Below, piece by piece: positions 44,985 through 55,006 of a stretch of DNA of 64,000 nt. Both the position numbers and the translations under genes were made by a program. The notes below the pieces were generated by a model. The model worked only from the letters and a program-made list of their open reading frames with translations. It made no database searches and was not told the DNA's origin. Position 1 is the first letter of the stretch. Every line of letters starts with the position of its first letter. Source of the stretch: an uncultured virus (IMG/VR IMGVR_UViG_3300024268_000045) (lineage: Duplodnaviria; Heunggongvirae; Uroviricota; Caudoviricetes); the IMG/VR virus record IMGVR_UViG_3300024268_000045. One strand, 5' to 3'.

Positions 44985-47051
44985 TTATATATTCTCTTTG
45001 ATAGTGATGTCTCTAAACTTAATATGTTGGTCGTATCTTACACCGATACGAATATATAAAATGCCTTCGATAGGCTTAGGACCGAAGGTACAATATATTT
45101 TGCCTTCTTTTGAGTCTTGAACTGCAAGACAACCTTGCATCCATTTATCATTGACACCAATACCATCATAAGGCTCTTTTGCATCAAGCCAATCTGTTGA
45201 ACCTAAAACTTTAATATACATTGAGTCAACATTGAAAGCTTTTGTGTCTTTGTCTTGAGTTATATTTTCGGCATCTTCAAAGTTGATGAAAATGCCGTTT
45301 GCGATTTTCATATCATATTTCAAAGTTACATAACGCTTGCCACTCTTAGGACATTCACTGTAATCGAGTCCTGTCTTTATCCAAGATACATCAGAAAACA
45401 CACCTGAAGTAATATATCCAGTGCCGTTGATTGAGAAGTCTTTTTCAGGCCACTGATACTTACCTGCGAGCATTTGCAATTCGTTATAGTTTCTCAAGTC
45501 TGTTTGAGGGTCCCATTCACCGCAGCTGTTTACAATCATTTGATTTTGAACTTCACCTGAGTAAACACGACGACTTTCATCAGAGATTGTATCAACACGG
45601 AAGTTGTAGTCAGCGTGGTGTTCGCCGTTTACTTCACCAAATATGTTATAAGTCTCAGCATCAATTCTTGTAACTTCTTGGTAAATGCCTTCAGGAATTA
45701 CCAAGTCCTCTTTGATTTCAAGAGGAGGATTGTAAGCTGCATAAGTAAGTTCTGGGAATCTTTCATATTCAAGGCCAAATGCTTTCGTCTTTGAAATATG
45801 AGTTCCTTTTGTAAACTTCTTTAATGTTCTGTAATCAAGATGAGATGCTGTAATTATATCTCCCGCTCTAGGTGTTAAGATACCTGAAACATATCTATAT
45901 CCAAAAGTAGCAGGACTTGTTGATAACACAATTCTTTCATTTAATAAAGTATCTTTATCCTGCTGCAACTCTTCACATACAACCAATTCATTTGAGAAGA
46001 AGATTGTTGAATTGTAAGTATATGACATTTTGAATATCATAGGGTAAATATGAGAAGATATAATACCTGACATTCCTTTTAATGTTGATGTAAAATGACA
46101 CTTAATCTTTTTGAAAAATCCTCTTGCTGACAAAGAGTCAGGATAAGCTTCACCAGAATAATCAATTACCAAGCCTTGTGCAACTGGGTTATTTAAGTCT
46201 AATTCAATTCTTCCTACTTCTTGCCAAACACCATTAACACTTACAAGTAATCTTACAGTACCAAACCCAGGGTTATAAAATTCTGGGACATCAATTGTAA
46301 ACTCATAATCGTCAAGGATAACGTGGTCGTAGTGTTCATTTGTCTTTATATCTGTTGCATCAAATTCTTTTTCACAAATAAAAGTTAAATCCTTGCCATC
46401 AAAAGTTGCAGGCTCAGGAGGTATCATTTTATTTATATCAACACCAATCTTACTAAGCTCTTGGTCAACATACTGCTTTGTTGCAACTTGTTGGTCTTTT
46501 TCAGGAGTATAGTCTGGGAGCATTTCCTGACGGCCATCTGTTGTAATCATATGTTCAGGAAGCTTGCGTCCACAATAACGATAACCTGAAATATAGAATG
46601 GCATATCATATTCAGGCATACCATCAGTAAATGAAAGGTAACCTACACCTATATCAACTGTCCACTTTTTAAGGCCAAAAGGAATTACATCACCATTTGC
46701 ATCTTCGATTGTTAAATGCCATTCTTCATTCTGAATAACATCAATAAGTTTTTCTGAAAAGAAAACGGCGCGGTCATTTACTTTATCAACTTTGATATGA
46801 TTAAACTTTTCAACAACTGGGACTGAACTTCCGCCGATTGCTGCATAATACAAATCGCCGCGCCAAATAAGTCCTTCAGGGGATGCAGGAATATATTCAG
46901 AGTCAAGCCATATTGATTTTGCATCAACTTTAGGTGATACTGTTTCAGGCTCCTCATACCAAGCAAGATTGTTATCTGTGTTTGATTTATTTTTTATAAC
47001 ATTCTTATATGAGGCTTCTGCAATATGTTTTGTATATTTATCTACGCTCAT
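44985..47051 (-). CDS. Putative tail/baseplate structural protein
   Basis: QVATKQYVD fibre-like motif; C-terminal region paralogous to 47038-49617. Confidence 0.6.
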   Translation of the reverse strand: MSVDKYTKHIAEASYKNVIKNKSNTDNNLAWYEEPETVSPKVDAKSIWLDSEYIPASPEGLIWRGDLYYAAIGGSSVPVVEKFNHIKVDKVNDRAVFFSEKLIDVIQNEEWHLTIEDANGDVIPFGLKKWTVDIGVGYLSFTDGMPEYDMPFYISGYRYCGRKLPEHMITTDGRQEMLPDYTPEKDQQVATKQYVDQELSKIGVDINKMIPPEPATFDGKDLTFICEKEFDATDIKTNEHYDHVILDDYEFTIDVPEFYNPGFGTVRLLVSVNGVWQEVGRIELDLNNPVAQGLVIDYSGEAYPDSLSARGFFKKIKCHFTSTLKGMSGIISSHIYPMIFKMSYTYNSTIFFSNELVVCEELQQDKDTLLNERIVLSTSPATFGYRYVSGILTPRAGDIITASHLDYRTLKKFTKGTHISKTKAFGLEYERFPELTYAAYNPPLEIKEDLVIPEGIYQEVTRIDAETYNIFGEVNGEHHADYNFRVDTISDESRRVYSGEVQNQMIVNSCGEWDPQTDLRNYNELQMLAGKYQWPEKDFSINGTGYITSGVFSDVSWIKTGLDYSECPKSGKRYVTLKYDMKIANGIFINFEDAENITQDKDTKAFNVDSMYIKVLGSTDWLDAKEPYDGIGVNDKWMQGCLAVQDSKEGKIYCTFGPKPIEGILYIRIGVRYDQHIKFRDITIKENI

Positions 47052-49617
47052 TGATTGACTCCTCTATCGATTTGATAAGAGCTCTTAAATTAACAGGCTT
47101 GCTTATCAATAATTTTATGTATAAATATCCTTCATCAACAATTGGGTCTTTACCAAAAGTAACCCATCTTCTTTCTTGTGTACTTCTGAACAAATCAAGA
47201 CCATTGAAAATTTCTCTGTTGGACCAATGTCCAAAACCTGCATAAGGGATATTACAATTTACCCAACGAGAAAGAACATTTGAAGGCGCAACTGATGCAT
47301 AAATTTCAATACCTTTTAATGTTCCGTTTTTATTTACTGGGTAAGACTTTTCTTCGTCATCAACAATGTCCATAAAGAAGTTGTTCATTCTAGGACAAGG
47401 GAATCTTAATGTTATTGTTTGTGTTGCAGGCTTATCACTGTAATCAGGCCCAATGCCAAATTGTGTATAATCAGTTTTACCAATAATTGCATTATGATCC
47501 TTTACCTGTGCCTCATCAAAAGGAAGCTCATCAGTAGGCACATATTTTTGAACTGCTTCAATAACGCCATCCTCAGGCGCATAAGGAGAAAGACCTACAT
47601 AACGATATTCTTCTTCATCAGAGTAATCTATATTGATAAAGTCAGTTTCTTGTTCGATTGTTATACTTCTTGTAAGGCTTTTTACTTCTGCAACAAGTTT
47701 AATCTTTCCAAAGAAGTCGTCCATTGAGATTTCTTTTGTATCATAAATAAGTTGGCCATTGCTTAATTCATAAGCTTCACAAGGGATACTGTAACCTGCA
47801 TCAACTATGATTGGGTCGACAGGAGCATACTTATTTTTGAAGTTCTTTACAATAAGTCTGAAAGCAATATCAATATCACCCTTAGATGCTTTTACGCCTG
47901 ACACATAATTGTTATATGTAGGCTGCTTTACAATTTCAATTCTTCCTGAAGGCTCAAAATCATTATACACATTTACATAAACGGTATTTGATTTCCAGAA
48001 AATGTCTGGGTTATTTGCGTCTCTTTGAATAAAGTAAATCTTGTGAGTGCCTTCTGCAGCATCAGTTTCATAATCAAAAGAAAAACCTTTATAATAACCG
48101 TGAAATGATTTAAACTTAGGGTATGCTTCTCCAAAGTATGTTACATTGAAGTTGCCTCTTTTACCTTCTCCAAAAGATGTGTTCTCATCATCATAACAAT
48201 TTAATGTTTCTACAAGGTTGTCATCAATGTAAGCTTCAACACGGCAGCCGTTATAAAATACGATACCATCAGTTCCTACAAGTATTTTATTTGAAGCATA
48301 AGATTTCTTTAATGATGTAACATCAAGAACCTCGATTTCTTCAGCTTTATTTTTAATATCAATTAAGTCAAGGCATTCAGGCTCTGTAGGCTCGATTGTC
48401 CCAACTCTGTCGTCTATGTTATCAATTGCATCTTTATAATCTTTTAAGAGTTGGTTAAATGCAATCAATACTTCGCCAACAGTCAATGACGACATCATAA
48501 CCGCGCCGCTGTTGAAGTCTTGATTATCATTTGACTTATGAAGTCTTTGATTAGTTGCCCAAACATCAGCAATCTCTGGGTTAAGATCAGTGATGTCAGC
48601 CATCTTATGCTGATGCTTTTGAACATTTGTTGCGATTGCTTCAAGTTGTCCGTTCTTATTGATAATAATTGTTTCTTCATCAATAAGATTGCTTAAGTTC
48701 TGAACTAAAGTTTGATAAAGAGATACATTGTTGATAATGTTCTTTACAAATTCTTCAAGGTCTTTTATCTGTGAAGCAGTGTGTTGGTGATTTGCACAAT
48801 CGCCGCCTTCGCCATTTAAGTAATCTGAAAGTATGTCTGGGTTAACACACAAACGACCTTCTCTATCGAATCCCAATGAGTTTTCATCAATGTCAACAGA
48901 AATAACTGAGCCACCTTTTGTAACCTCAACTTTAATGCCATCGCCTGGGATAGGCTTTATTTTTATAATTGACTCTTCAACTGTGTTAAGTCTGTTTTTT
49001 AATTGTGTAATCTCTGATGTGATTGCAGACAAATCAACATTGATTGTTCCACTACCTGAGCTGCTTCCGCCTTCTTCACCTTCAGGAAATCCTACTGCAC
49101 AAAGTTGTCCAAATTCATTGATGCTGATTGTTTCTTCATCAAGTTTTAAGTTTGCAGATATTTTTCCTGTAGCTTGGTCAAACTTGAATTGAATTGGGTT
49201 GAGTGTATTATTTGTAAAGATTGTGCTGAGTTGTTTAGCAATCAGCTTGTTAAGATTGTCGTCAGTTATTGCTTCGAGTTTTTTGTAAACTTCTTGAGGC
49301 AAATCTTCATACTCAATGTCGCCTCCTGCAACTATATTTCCTGCATTATCAAGTCGAACTTTTGTGTACCAACCTGCATCTGGGACATTTGTATGTTTAT
49401 CAGGATTGAAGCAAACTATACCGTCAGTGATACGCCAATAAGAGCGTTCTGAAAGAGTACCTCTTGACTCACAAATATAAACAAGCCAATGATCTTTTGT
49501 ATATGTGGCACCGTTAAGCGCTCCGCTCTCTGTTATATAATATGCGGCAAAATCTAAATCTGTAACTGAAGGTAAGACACCTAAAGCAGGCGACCAAACA
49601 CCATAGAAAGTATTCAT
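47038..49617 (-). CDS. Putative tail fibre/baseplate protein
   Basis: HQHTASQIKDL and HQHKMADITDL repeats; DEETI.IN..GQL repeats; late motif upstream. Confidence 0.65.
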   Translation of the reverse strand: MNTFYGVWSPALGVLPSVTDLDFAAYYITESGALNGATYTKDHWLVYICESRGTLSERSYWRITDGIVCFNPDKHTNVPDAGWYTKVRLDNAGNIVAGGDIEYEDLPQEVYKKLEAITDDNLNKLIAKQLSTIFTNNTLNPIQFKFDQATGKISANLKLDEETISINEFGQLCAVGFPEGEEGGSSSGSGTINVDLSAITSEITQLKNRLNTVEESIIKIKPIPGDGIKVEVTKGGSVISVDIDENSLGFDREGRLCVNPDILSDYLNGEGGDCANHQHTASQIKDLEEFVKNIINNVSLYQTLVQNLSNLIDEETIIINKNGQLEAIATNVQKHQHKMADITDLNPEIADVWATNQRLHKSNDNQDFNSGAVMMSSLTVGEVLIAFNQLLKDYKDAIDNIDDRVGTIEPTEPECLDLIDIKNKAEEIEVLDVTSLKKSYASNKILVGTDGIVFYNGCRVEAYIDDNLVETLNCYDDENTSFGEGKRGNFNVTYFGEAYPKFKSFHGYYKGFSFDYETDAAEGTHKIYFIQRDANNPDIFWKSNTVYVNVYNDFEPSGRIEIVKQPTYNNYVSGVKASKGDIDIAFRLIVKNFKNKYAPVDPIIVDAGYSIPCEAYELSNGQLIYDTKEISMDDFFGKIKLVAEVKSLTRSITIEQETDFINIDYSDEEEYRYVGLSPYAPEDGVIEAVQKYVPTDELPFDEAQVKDHNAIIGKTDYTQFGIGPDYSDKPATQTITLRFPCPRMNNFFMDIVDDEEKSYPVNKNGTLKGIEIYASVAPSNVLSRWVNCNIPYAGFGHWSNREIFNGLDLFRSTQERRWVTFGKDPIVDEGYLYIKLLISKPVNLRALIKSIEESINERR

Positions 49618-49642
49618 ATAAAATTAGTCGCCTGCTTTAAGT

Positions 49643-50140
49643 TTATTTGATTTTGAAATTTCTTGAAACGTAACGAACTGTTACCTGTGGATTGTGATAA
49701 GCCTTAAGTTCCTTAACCATATTTGTAAATCTTTCAAACTGACTGTCGATTACTTCAGCAGGGACATTGCTGCGGTCAAGGCCATTTTCAATATCGTCAG
49801 CAACGCGGTCTGCACAAAGCTGTTTATCGAAAGCGTCTTCCATAACAAAAGCTACAATGTCATTATGTGGAAAGCGTCTTGTAAGTTCTTTGATTGAATC
49901 TATATGCAAGTTTGTGTTTGAAAGAAATACATTAAAGCCGCCTGCAAGTTCAGCAACCATACGATTATCAGCAATCTTAAAAACTTTGTCGTTCTGTGAC
50001 TGGTCTGAAACATTACCAAGCTCTTTTCTTATATTATCAAGATTGATTTCTGTAGCCTGAACGCCTTTTAAAAAGAAATCAGCAAACTTTGATTTTCCTG
50101 AACCTGAGATGCCCACTGTCAAATAAATTATAGGTCCCAC
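49643..50140 (-). CDS. Polynucleotide kinase-like P-loop kinase (AAA_33)
   Basis: VGISGSGKS, NLDNIRKEL, R.NVPAEVIDSQ. Confidence 0.8.
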   Translation of the reverse strand: MGPIIYLTVGISGSGKSKFADFFLKGVQATEINLDNIRKELGNVSDQSQNDKVFKIADNRMVAELAGGFNVFLSNTNLHIDSIKELTRRFPHNDIVAFVMEDAFDKQLCADRVADDIENGLDRSNVPAEVIDSQFERFTNMVKELKAYHNPQVTVRYVSRNFKIK

Positions 50141-50424
50141 TTTAAATCCTCCAATAATTTAGCAGCATATTTCAAAAATGCAAAAGGAAACTCTTTTTCA
50201 TCAAAAAGAGCCCAGCCCTTAATGTAATCTTCCAAAACAATGTTTCCCTTTTCATCTTTTTTGTAAAGAAGATTACCCAGAAAGTCAACAGTTGCAAAAG
50301 TTCTATCGGGATATGCTTTTATAACATAAATTTGGTCAAAGTCGGTAAGATCATAATTTACAACATTACCTCTGTGCCAATCGACTTCTGTGTAAAATCT
50401 TATTTTATTCTTCTTTTCTTCCAT
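50128..50424 (-). CDS. Hypothetical protein
   Basis: Start re-called at MEEKKNK; coupled ORF. Confidence 0.55.
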   Translation of the reverse strand: MEEKKNKIRFYTEVDWHRGNVVNYDLTDFDQIYVIKAYPDRTFATVDFLGNLLYKKDEKGNIVLEDYIKGWALFDEKEFPFAFLKYAAKLLEDLKWDL

Positions 50425-50737
50425 AACCCGCCTGTGCCATTTTCTGTTTGTCAAAAACTGATTTACCATACCAAGACTCTTCTTTCCAAGTAATAAGATT
50501 GAAGTTCTTATGGTAATCATCCCAAACAAACACAAGGTAATTCCATTCATCTTGTGCAACATTGATTGAACCATCTGTGTTAAAATATGCAACCAAAGGA
50601 TTTTTCAATAATGCTTTGATGTCAACATTGCCGTGGTCGCGTAAGCGTTCTGCGGCGTGTTTTGAGATATGAAAATTGTCAGCAATCTCCTGTCTTTCGG
50701 CAGGAGTCAGCTCTTCACCTCTGTACTTAATCTGCAT
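50405..50737 (-). CDS. Hypothetical protein, possible DUF4258/BECR RNase fold
   Basis: ISKHAAERL...FNLITW. Confidence 0.45.
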   Translation of the reverse strand: MQIKYRGEELTPAERQEIADNFHISKHAAERLRDHGNVDIKALLKNPLVAYFNTDGSINVAQDEWNYLVFVWDDYHKNFNLITWKEESWYGKSVFDKQKMAQAGYGRKEE

Positions 50738-51116
50738 CAACTTCCTTCCAAGCTTTGTAAATCTTGGGTCCCTGACGAGCAAACCAATCAACCATTTCCT
50801 CGTTTGTTGCCCAAGCATCAGCGGGATTTGAACTTTCGTCAAGCCCACTTTCCATCAAAAAAGCGTGGACAATTTCGTGCCTAACAACACGGCGCATATC
50901 AGTGTACTGATCTTTCAAAGAAAAGTCCAAGTTGCCAATTGTGGCCACTTTAGGGTTTTCAACAACAATCTCACGAGCAGGAGCGTTGGCATAACCTTTT
51001 GCTTCTTCGAAAGCAGGATCTTCATTTCGGTAAATGATTTTCCATTCACTTCCTAGAATGTTCAACTTTCTGACGATTTCGCCGTTTTCCATTTCAGCTG
51101 TTTTCTTCTTAGGCAT
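50727..51116 (-). CDS. HExxH-containing phage protein
   Basis: VVRHEIVHAFLMESGL..NEEMVDW. Confidence 0.65.
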   Translation of the reverse strand: MPKKKTAEMENGEIVRKLNILGSEWKIIYRNEDPAFEEAKGYANAPAREIVVENPKVATIGNLDFSLKDQYTDMRRVVRHEIVHAFLMESGLDESSNPADAWATNEEMVDWFARQGPKIYKAWKEVDAD

Positions 51117-51501
51117 TCTTAGTCCACCTTCTTTCCAGTTATTAACTTTCTGGCTTCTGTAGCAATCGTTTTAGCTTCGATTGAAGAAAAATTTTCTTCA
51201 GGAACGAATTGTTTCAAAACTGATTTCAAAGCAGCACGAAGCTTTTCGTTTTCTTCGTGCTGCTTCATCCAATGTTTCTTATAATAATTGATAACGTTTT
51301 CGTTATTAACCTTTTTAGACATATTCAACGTCTCCTCTTTCGATTGCTTCACGGATGTAATCTTCAGTTTTTGCAGCTTCATCAAAGTCTTCTGGGAGAC
51401 CATAATAAGCGCCTTTTTCAGGAACATATACAAGCCCAAAAGCTTCAAGACCTACTTTCTCTTCTGCAAAAACATACATAACTTTCAACATAATCTTCCT
51501 C

Positions 51502-51777
51502 CTATTTTACTGTTATTCTATCCCACTTTGCAATGGACCCAGGGACCTTTGCCCATTCTTTACAAAAAGTCTTAAACTCTGTTGTTTCATCAGTTGTGAA
51601 TTCATCAACAACCCGACTTTTCCAAAGAAGACTTCCATCGGGGCTGTAAACCACATACTGAACTTTGTCATTTTGGTGTTCAGCTCTTAAGACTGCCAAG
51701 GAAATTCCTTTTATAACAGCATCAACAATTGCAATCACACCAATCACTGCAAGAATATATACAAGAGCCATTACCAA
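51502..51777 (-). CDS. Small membrane-anchored protein
   Basis: N-terminal hydrophobic helix. Confidence 0.55.
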   Translation of the reverse strand: MVMALVYILAVIGVIAIVDAVIKGISLAVLRAEHQNDKVQYVVYSPDGSLLWKSRVVDEFTTDETTEFKTFCKEWAKVPGSIAKWDRITVK

Positions 51778-52133
51778 ACCTCTTCTTCAACGTTGTCGTG
51801 GAACTCAGCACCGAGTTCAACATAAGCCTGCATTACTTTCTGAACCTTTTCGTAAGGTCCTGCAGGGATGAACCAATCCTGTCCGTAGTCGATATAAAGG
51901 CCGACTTCCTTAGGATCTTCAGGATTGCGGGCTTCGTGAATTCCGTTTCTAAGGAGTGTATCAACATACCACCCAGGAGTCATCTGAACCCAAGTTGTTC
52001 CGTTTTTACGGGTCTGTCTTTCAAGAAGATGGGCTGTAGGCGCGCAAGGTTTATTCTGCCAATCTGTTTCAAAGATTGCAACTCCCCATTTTTCATCCAC
52101 AAACTTAACTGCCTTAGCCTTCTTTATATCCAT
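51771..52133 (-). CDS. Hypothetical early protein
   Basis: SD AAGGAGG after an early promoter. Confidence 0.65.
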   Translation of the reverse strand: MDIKKAKAVKFVDEKWGVAIFETDWQNKPCAPTAHLLERQTRKNGTTWVQMTPGWYVDTLLRNGIHEARNPEDPKEVGLYIDYGQDWFIPAGPYEKVQKVMQAYVELGAEFHDNVEEEVW

Positions 52134-52156
52134 AAGTCCCTCCTTTTATCGAACTG

Positions 52157-52193
52157 ACAATAATAATATAAAGAAGTCGGTTAAGAAGTTTAA
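52157..52193 (-). promoter_or_regulatory. Putative early promoter
   Basis: TTAAAC-N17-TATATTATTATTGT. Confidence 0.75.
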
Positions 52194-52242
52194 TTTTTCA
52201 CTAAATTTTCATTAAAGTTAATATATTTTTAGAGGTTATTTT

Positions 52243-52539
52243 ATGGGTAGAAAAGCCAAGTTGATACGAGTAAACTTTACTCCTGCTGAAAACGTCGCTG
52301 CATTTATTGTAGCTTTTGTTGATAATGAAAAAGAAGGATTTAAGAAAATTGTCAAAGAAGCTTATTCTAATTGGTCAACTGACAATAACATCAACTGGGA
52401 AGAAAAACAGCTTAAGGTTGTAACTGAGCTTTCTTCTTATTCATTTGTTGCAAATGTCGATCTTGATGAGAAGTATTCTGACTGGGAAGACTTTTATATC
52501 CTTCATTTCCAAAAAACATCTGATTATAGGGTCCGTTAA
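52243..52539 (+). CDS. Hypothetical protein
   Basis: GTTAATAT motif and SD GAGG upstream. Confidence 0.6.
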   Translation: MGRKAKLIRVNFTPAENVAAFIVAFVDNEKEGFKKIVKEAYSNWSTDNNINWEEKQLKVVTELSSYSFVANVDLDEKYSDWEDFYILHFQKTSDYRVR

Positions 52540-52548
52540 TATTTATTT

Positions 52549-54642
52549 ATGCTAATACTTAAGTCTCTTCATCTTGAACATTTTATGTGTATCACTGAGG
52601 CCGATTTAAATTTTGATGCAAACTGCATTATTATTGAAGGTGATAACGGTCAGGGAAAATCGGCAGTTATGGAAGCGATTGCAATTTGTCTTTCAGAAAG
52701 AAAACGCTCCGACTCTGTAAAAGAGTTTATTCAAAAGCCACACGACCACGCAAAAATTATTCTTGATTTAATTTATAACGACGAACAAATACTCTTTGAT
52801 GTAAATCTTAATCATAAAGGCGGAACACCTCTTGAAAGAGATGTGTTATATAAAGATAAGCATTATATTAACTCTGAAGTAACTGATCTTATTAAAGAAC
52901 TCGACTTTACATTTTATTCAGACATTATTATGCAAATGCAAGGACAAGATGATATTGCAACAATGACACCTGTTATGCGTCTTAACTTATTGCAGCGTCT
53001 TTTCCAATTTGATTTTACTGAAGAGATTGGGCCTATTCAAGAAAAGCTTGAAGAGTTTGTAAAAAACAAAACTTTGGATATTGATAAGATTGACTTCTTG
53101 GAGAAAGCAAATAAACAAAAAGACTCAACTTTGAAAACATTGAAAGAAAAAGACTTTTCTTTTTCAAAAGAAGATTACGATAATTATAAAAATGAACTTG
53201 ATGATAAAAAAGCTCAGGTTGAAAAGTTGAGCAATGACTTGGATAAAACATTTGAAATCTTACAAAAGAAAACAGACATCCAAGGAATGATTGACACAAT
53301 TGAAAATCAGCAAGCAGACATTGCACAAAAACTTCTTGACAATAAGAAAGCTGCTGAAGCATTAAAGAAGGCCGACTATCCAACACAGATTTCTTCTTTA
53401 GGAACTGGCGAAACAGATGCTATGATGAAGAAAGCTGCTGCCGAAGATATTATTAAAGCCAAGAAAAACGCAATCGCTCAATTGGAAACTTCAATCTCAA
53501 GTATCAATGTTCAGATAGGCGAACTTAATGCTGCAAAAAAGAATTGTGACCATAAGCTTGAATTGGCAAAGAAAGGCATTTGTCCTGAGTGTGGAAAGCC
53601 TACTGATGATATTGATGATGTAAAGATTATCAAAGAAAAAGAAGAATACGATGATAAGATTGGCGATGAAATTGAAAAGAAAGACAATCTTATTATTGAA
53701 ATGAATAAGTATAAAGATGAGGTTGCAGCCCAGCGTAAGGAAATATCTGTTCTTGAAGCAAACATCTCAAGATTTGATACTGAAGCAAAAATGTTGGAGC
53801 AGCAAGAAGCTGCTGAAAAAGCAAAACTTATTCCTGAAGAAAAGATTAAAGAGTTTGAGGATAAGCTTAAAGAACTTGATGAAAAGGCAAAACCATTATA
53901 TGATTTAATACACGACTATGATGACCAATTGAGTGACAGAAACAAAAAGACACTTGAGAAGTCGAAGTTGAAAACTGAAATCGCCGACCTTGAGAAAAAG
54001 ATTAAAGACTCTGATGAAATTGCAGACCATAACAAAGTCGTTGAGCTTCAGAGAATGTCAATCAAAAATGAGATACTTGAAAATGAAAAGAACATTGAAG
54101 TTTTCAGAAACTTGATTTCAGATATTGATTTGAATGTTCAAACTTACAATGAAGTATTAAGAGTTCTTGATAAAGAATTGCCTAATTACCTTGTAGTTAA
54201 GACTTGTGCAAAGCTTGAAGCTGAAATGAATAACTTCGTAAACATTGTATTCCCAAACTTCCGTTTGAGATTGTTGCAATCAAGACGAGGTGTTGAGTTC
54301 TTTTACACAACTGACCCAAATGTTGATATGACTGATATAAAGAAACTTATCAATTCAAAAATGGCTTCAGGTTATGAAAAGTCAGTTCTTGGTCTTGCTT
54401 TTAAGGTTGCATTGTGTAAAGCTTACAATCTTTCATTTATTGCTCTTGATGAAATTGATGCTGCTGCATCTGAAGGTAATTCCGTTCTTACAATGGAATC
54501 TTTGATAAGTTCAAACATCTTCAATCAGATTTTCTTTATTACACATAAAGAAGCAACTCGTGACATCATCAAGTCATTAAGTAGTTCAGTTATATGTTAT
54601 CATACTGAAAAAGGTGTATTCACAAATGAAGACGCAGATTAA
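52549..54642 (+). CDS. SbcC/Rad50/gp46-like recombination ATPase
   Basis: GDNGQGKS, coiled coils with a CPEC zinc hook, ASGYEK signature, LDEID, ITH. Confidence 0.9.
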   Translation: MLILKSLHLEHFMCITEADLNFDANCIIIEGDNGQGKSAVMEAIAICLSERKRSDSVKEFIQKPHDHAKIILDLIYNDEQILFDVNLNHKGGTPLERDVLYKDKHYINSEVTDLIKELDFTFYSDIIMQMQGQDDIATMTPVMRLNLLQRLFQFDFTEEIGPIQEKLEEFVKNKTLDIDKIDFLEKANKQKDSTLKTLKEKDFSFSKEDYDNYKNELDDKKAQVEKLSNDLDKTFEILQKKTDIQGMIDTIENQQADIAQKLLDNKKAAEALKKADYPTQISSLGTGETDAMMKKAAAEDIIKAKKNAIAQLETSISSINVQIGELNAAKKNCDHKLELAKKGICPECGKPTDDIDDVKIIKEKEEYDDKIGDEIEKKDNLIIEMNKYKDEVAAQRKEISVLEANISRFDTEAKMLEQQEAAEKAKLIPEEKIKEFEDKLKELDEKAKPLYDLIHDYDDQLSDRNKKTLEKSKLKTEIADLEKKIKDSDEIADHNKVVELQRMSIKNEILENEKNIEVFRNLISDIDLNVQTYNEVLRVLDKELPNYLVVKTCAKLEAEMNNFVNIVFPNFRLRLLQSRRGVEFFYTTDPNVDMTDIKKLINSKMASGYEKSVLGLAFKVALCKAYNLSFIALDEIDAAASEGNSVLTMESLISSNIFNQIFFITHKEATRDIIKSLSSSVICYHTEKGVFTNEDAD

Positions 54643-55006
54643 ATTGTGGTTTAAATTTAACAAGTACTCTTTTATCGAACTAGGCTGGTCTCTTGGGTCA
54701 TTAGTTTGTGATATACTTATCGCCCATCATTGGTGGAGTAATTTGTTTACTCCACTTCATATTGTGTGGTGGGTTATCGCTGTGCCTTGGACATTGTTTG
54801 GACTTTATCGAGCTTTTGAGTCTTTCAGATCTTACAAGTATCGTATTGATGATTACTTAAAAGTAACTGAAATGTTCCAAAGATATGGCGTTAAGAAGAG
54901 CGTATTATACAACTTACAGCAAATACCTTGCTCCGCAACTGTTGCAGAGCAACTTATAAAAGATTGGGATGTAAAGGACGTTAAACTTTACACAGATGAT
55001 TTATAA
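54626..55006 (+). CDS. Hypothetical membrane protein
   Basis: Trp-rich hydrophobic helices; ATG overlaps the end of the previous gene. Confidence 0.5.
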   Translation: MKTQIKLWFKFNKYSFIELGWSLGSLVCDILIAHHWWSNLFTPLHIVWWVIAVPWTLFGLYRAFESFRSYKYRIDDYLKVTEMFQRYGVKKSVLYNLQQIPCSATVAEQLIKDWDVKDVKLYTDDL

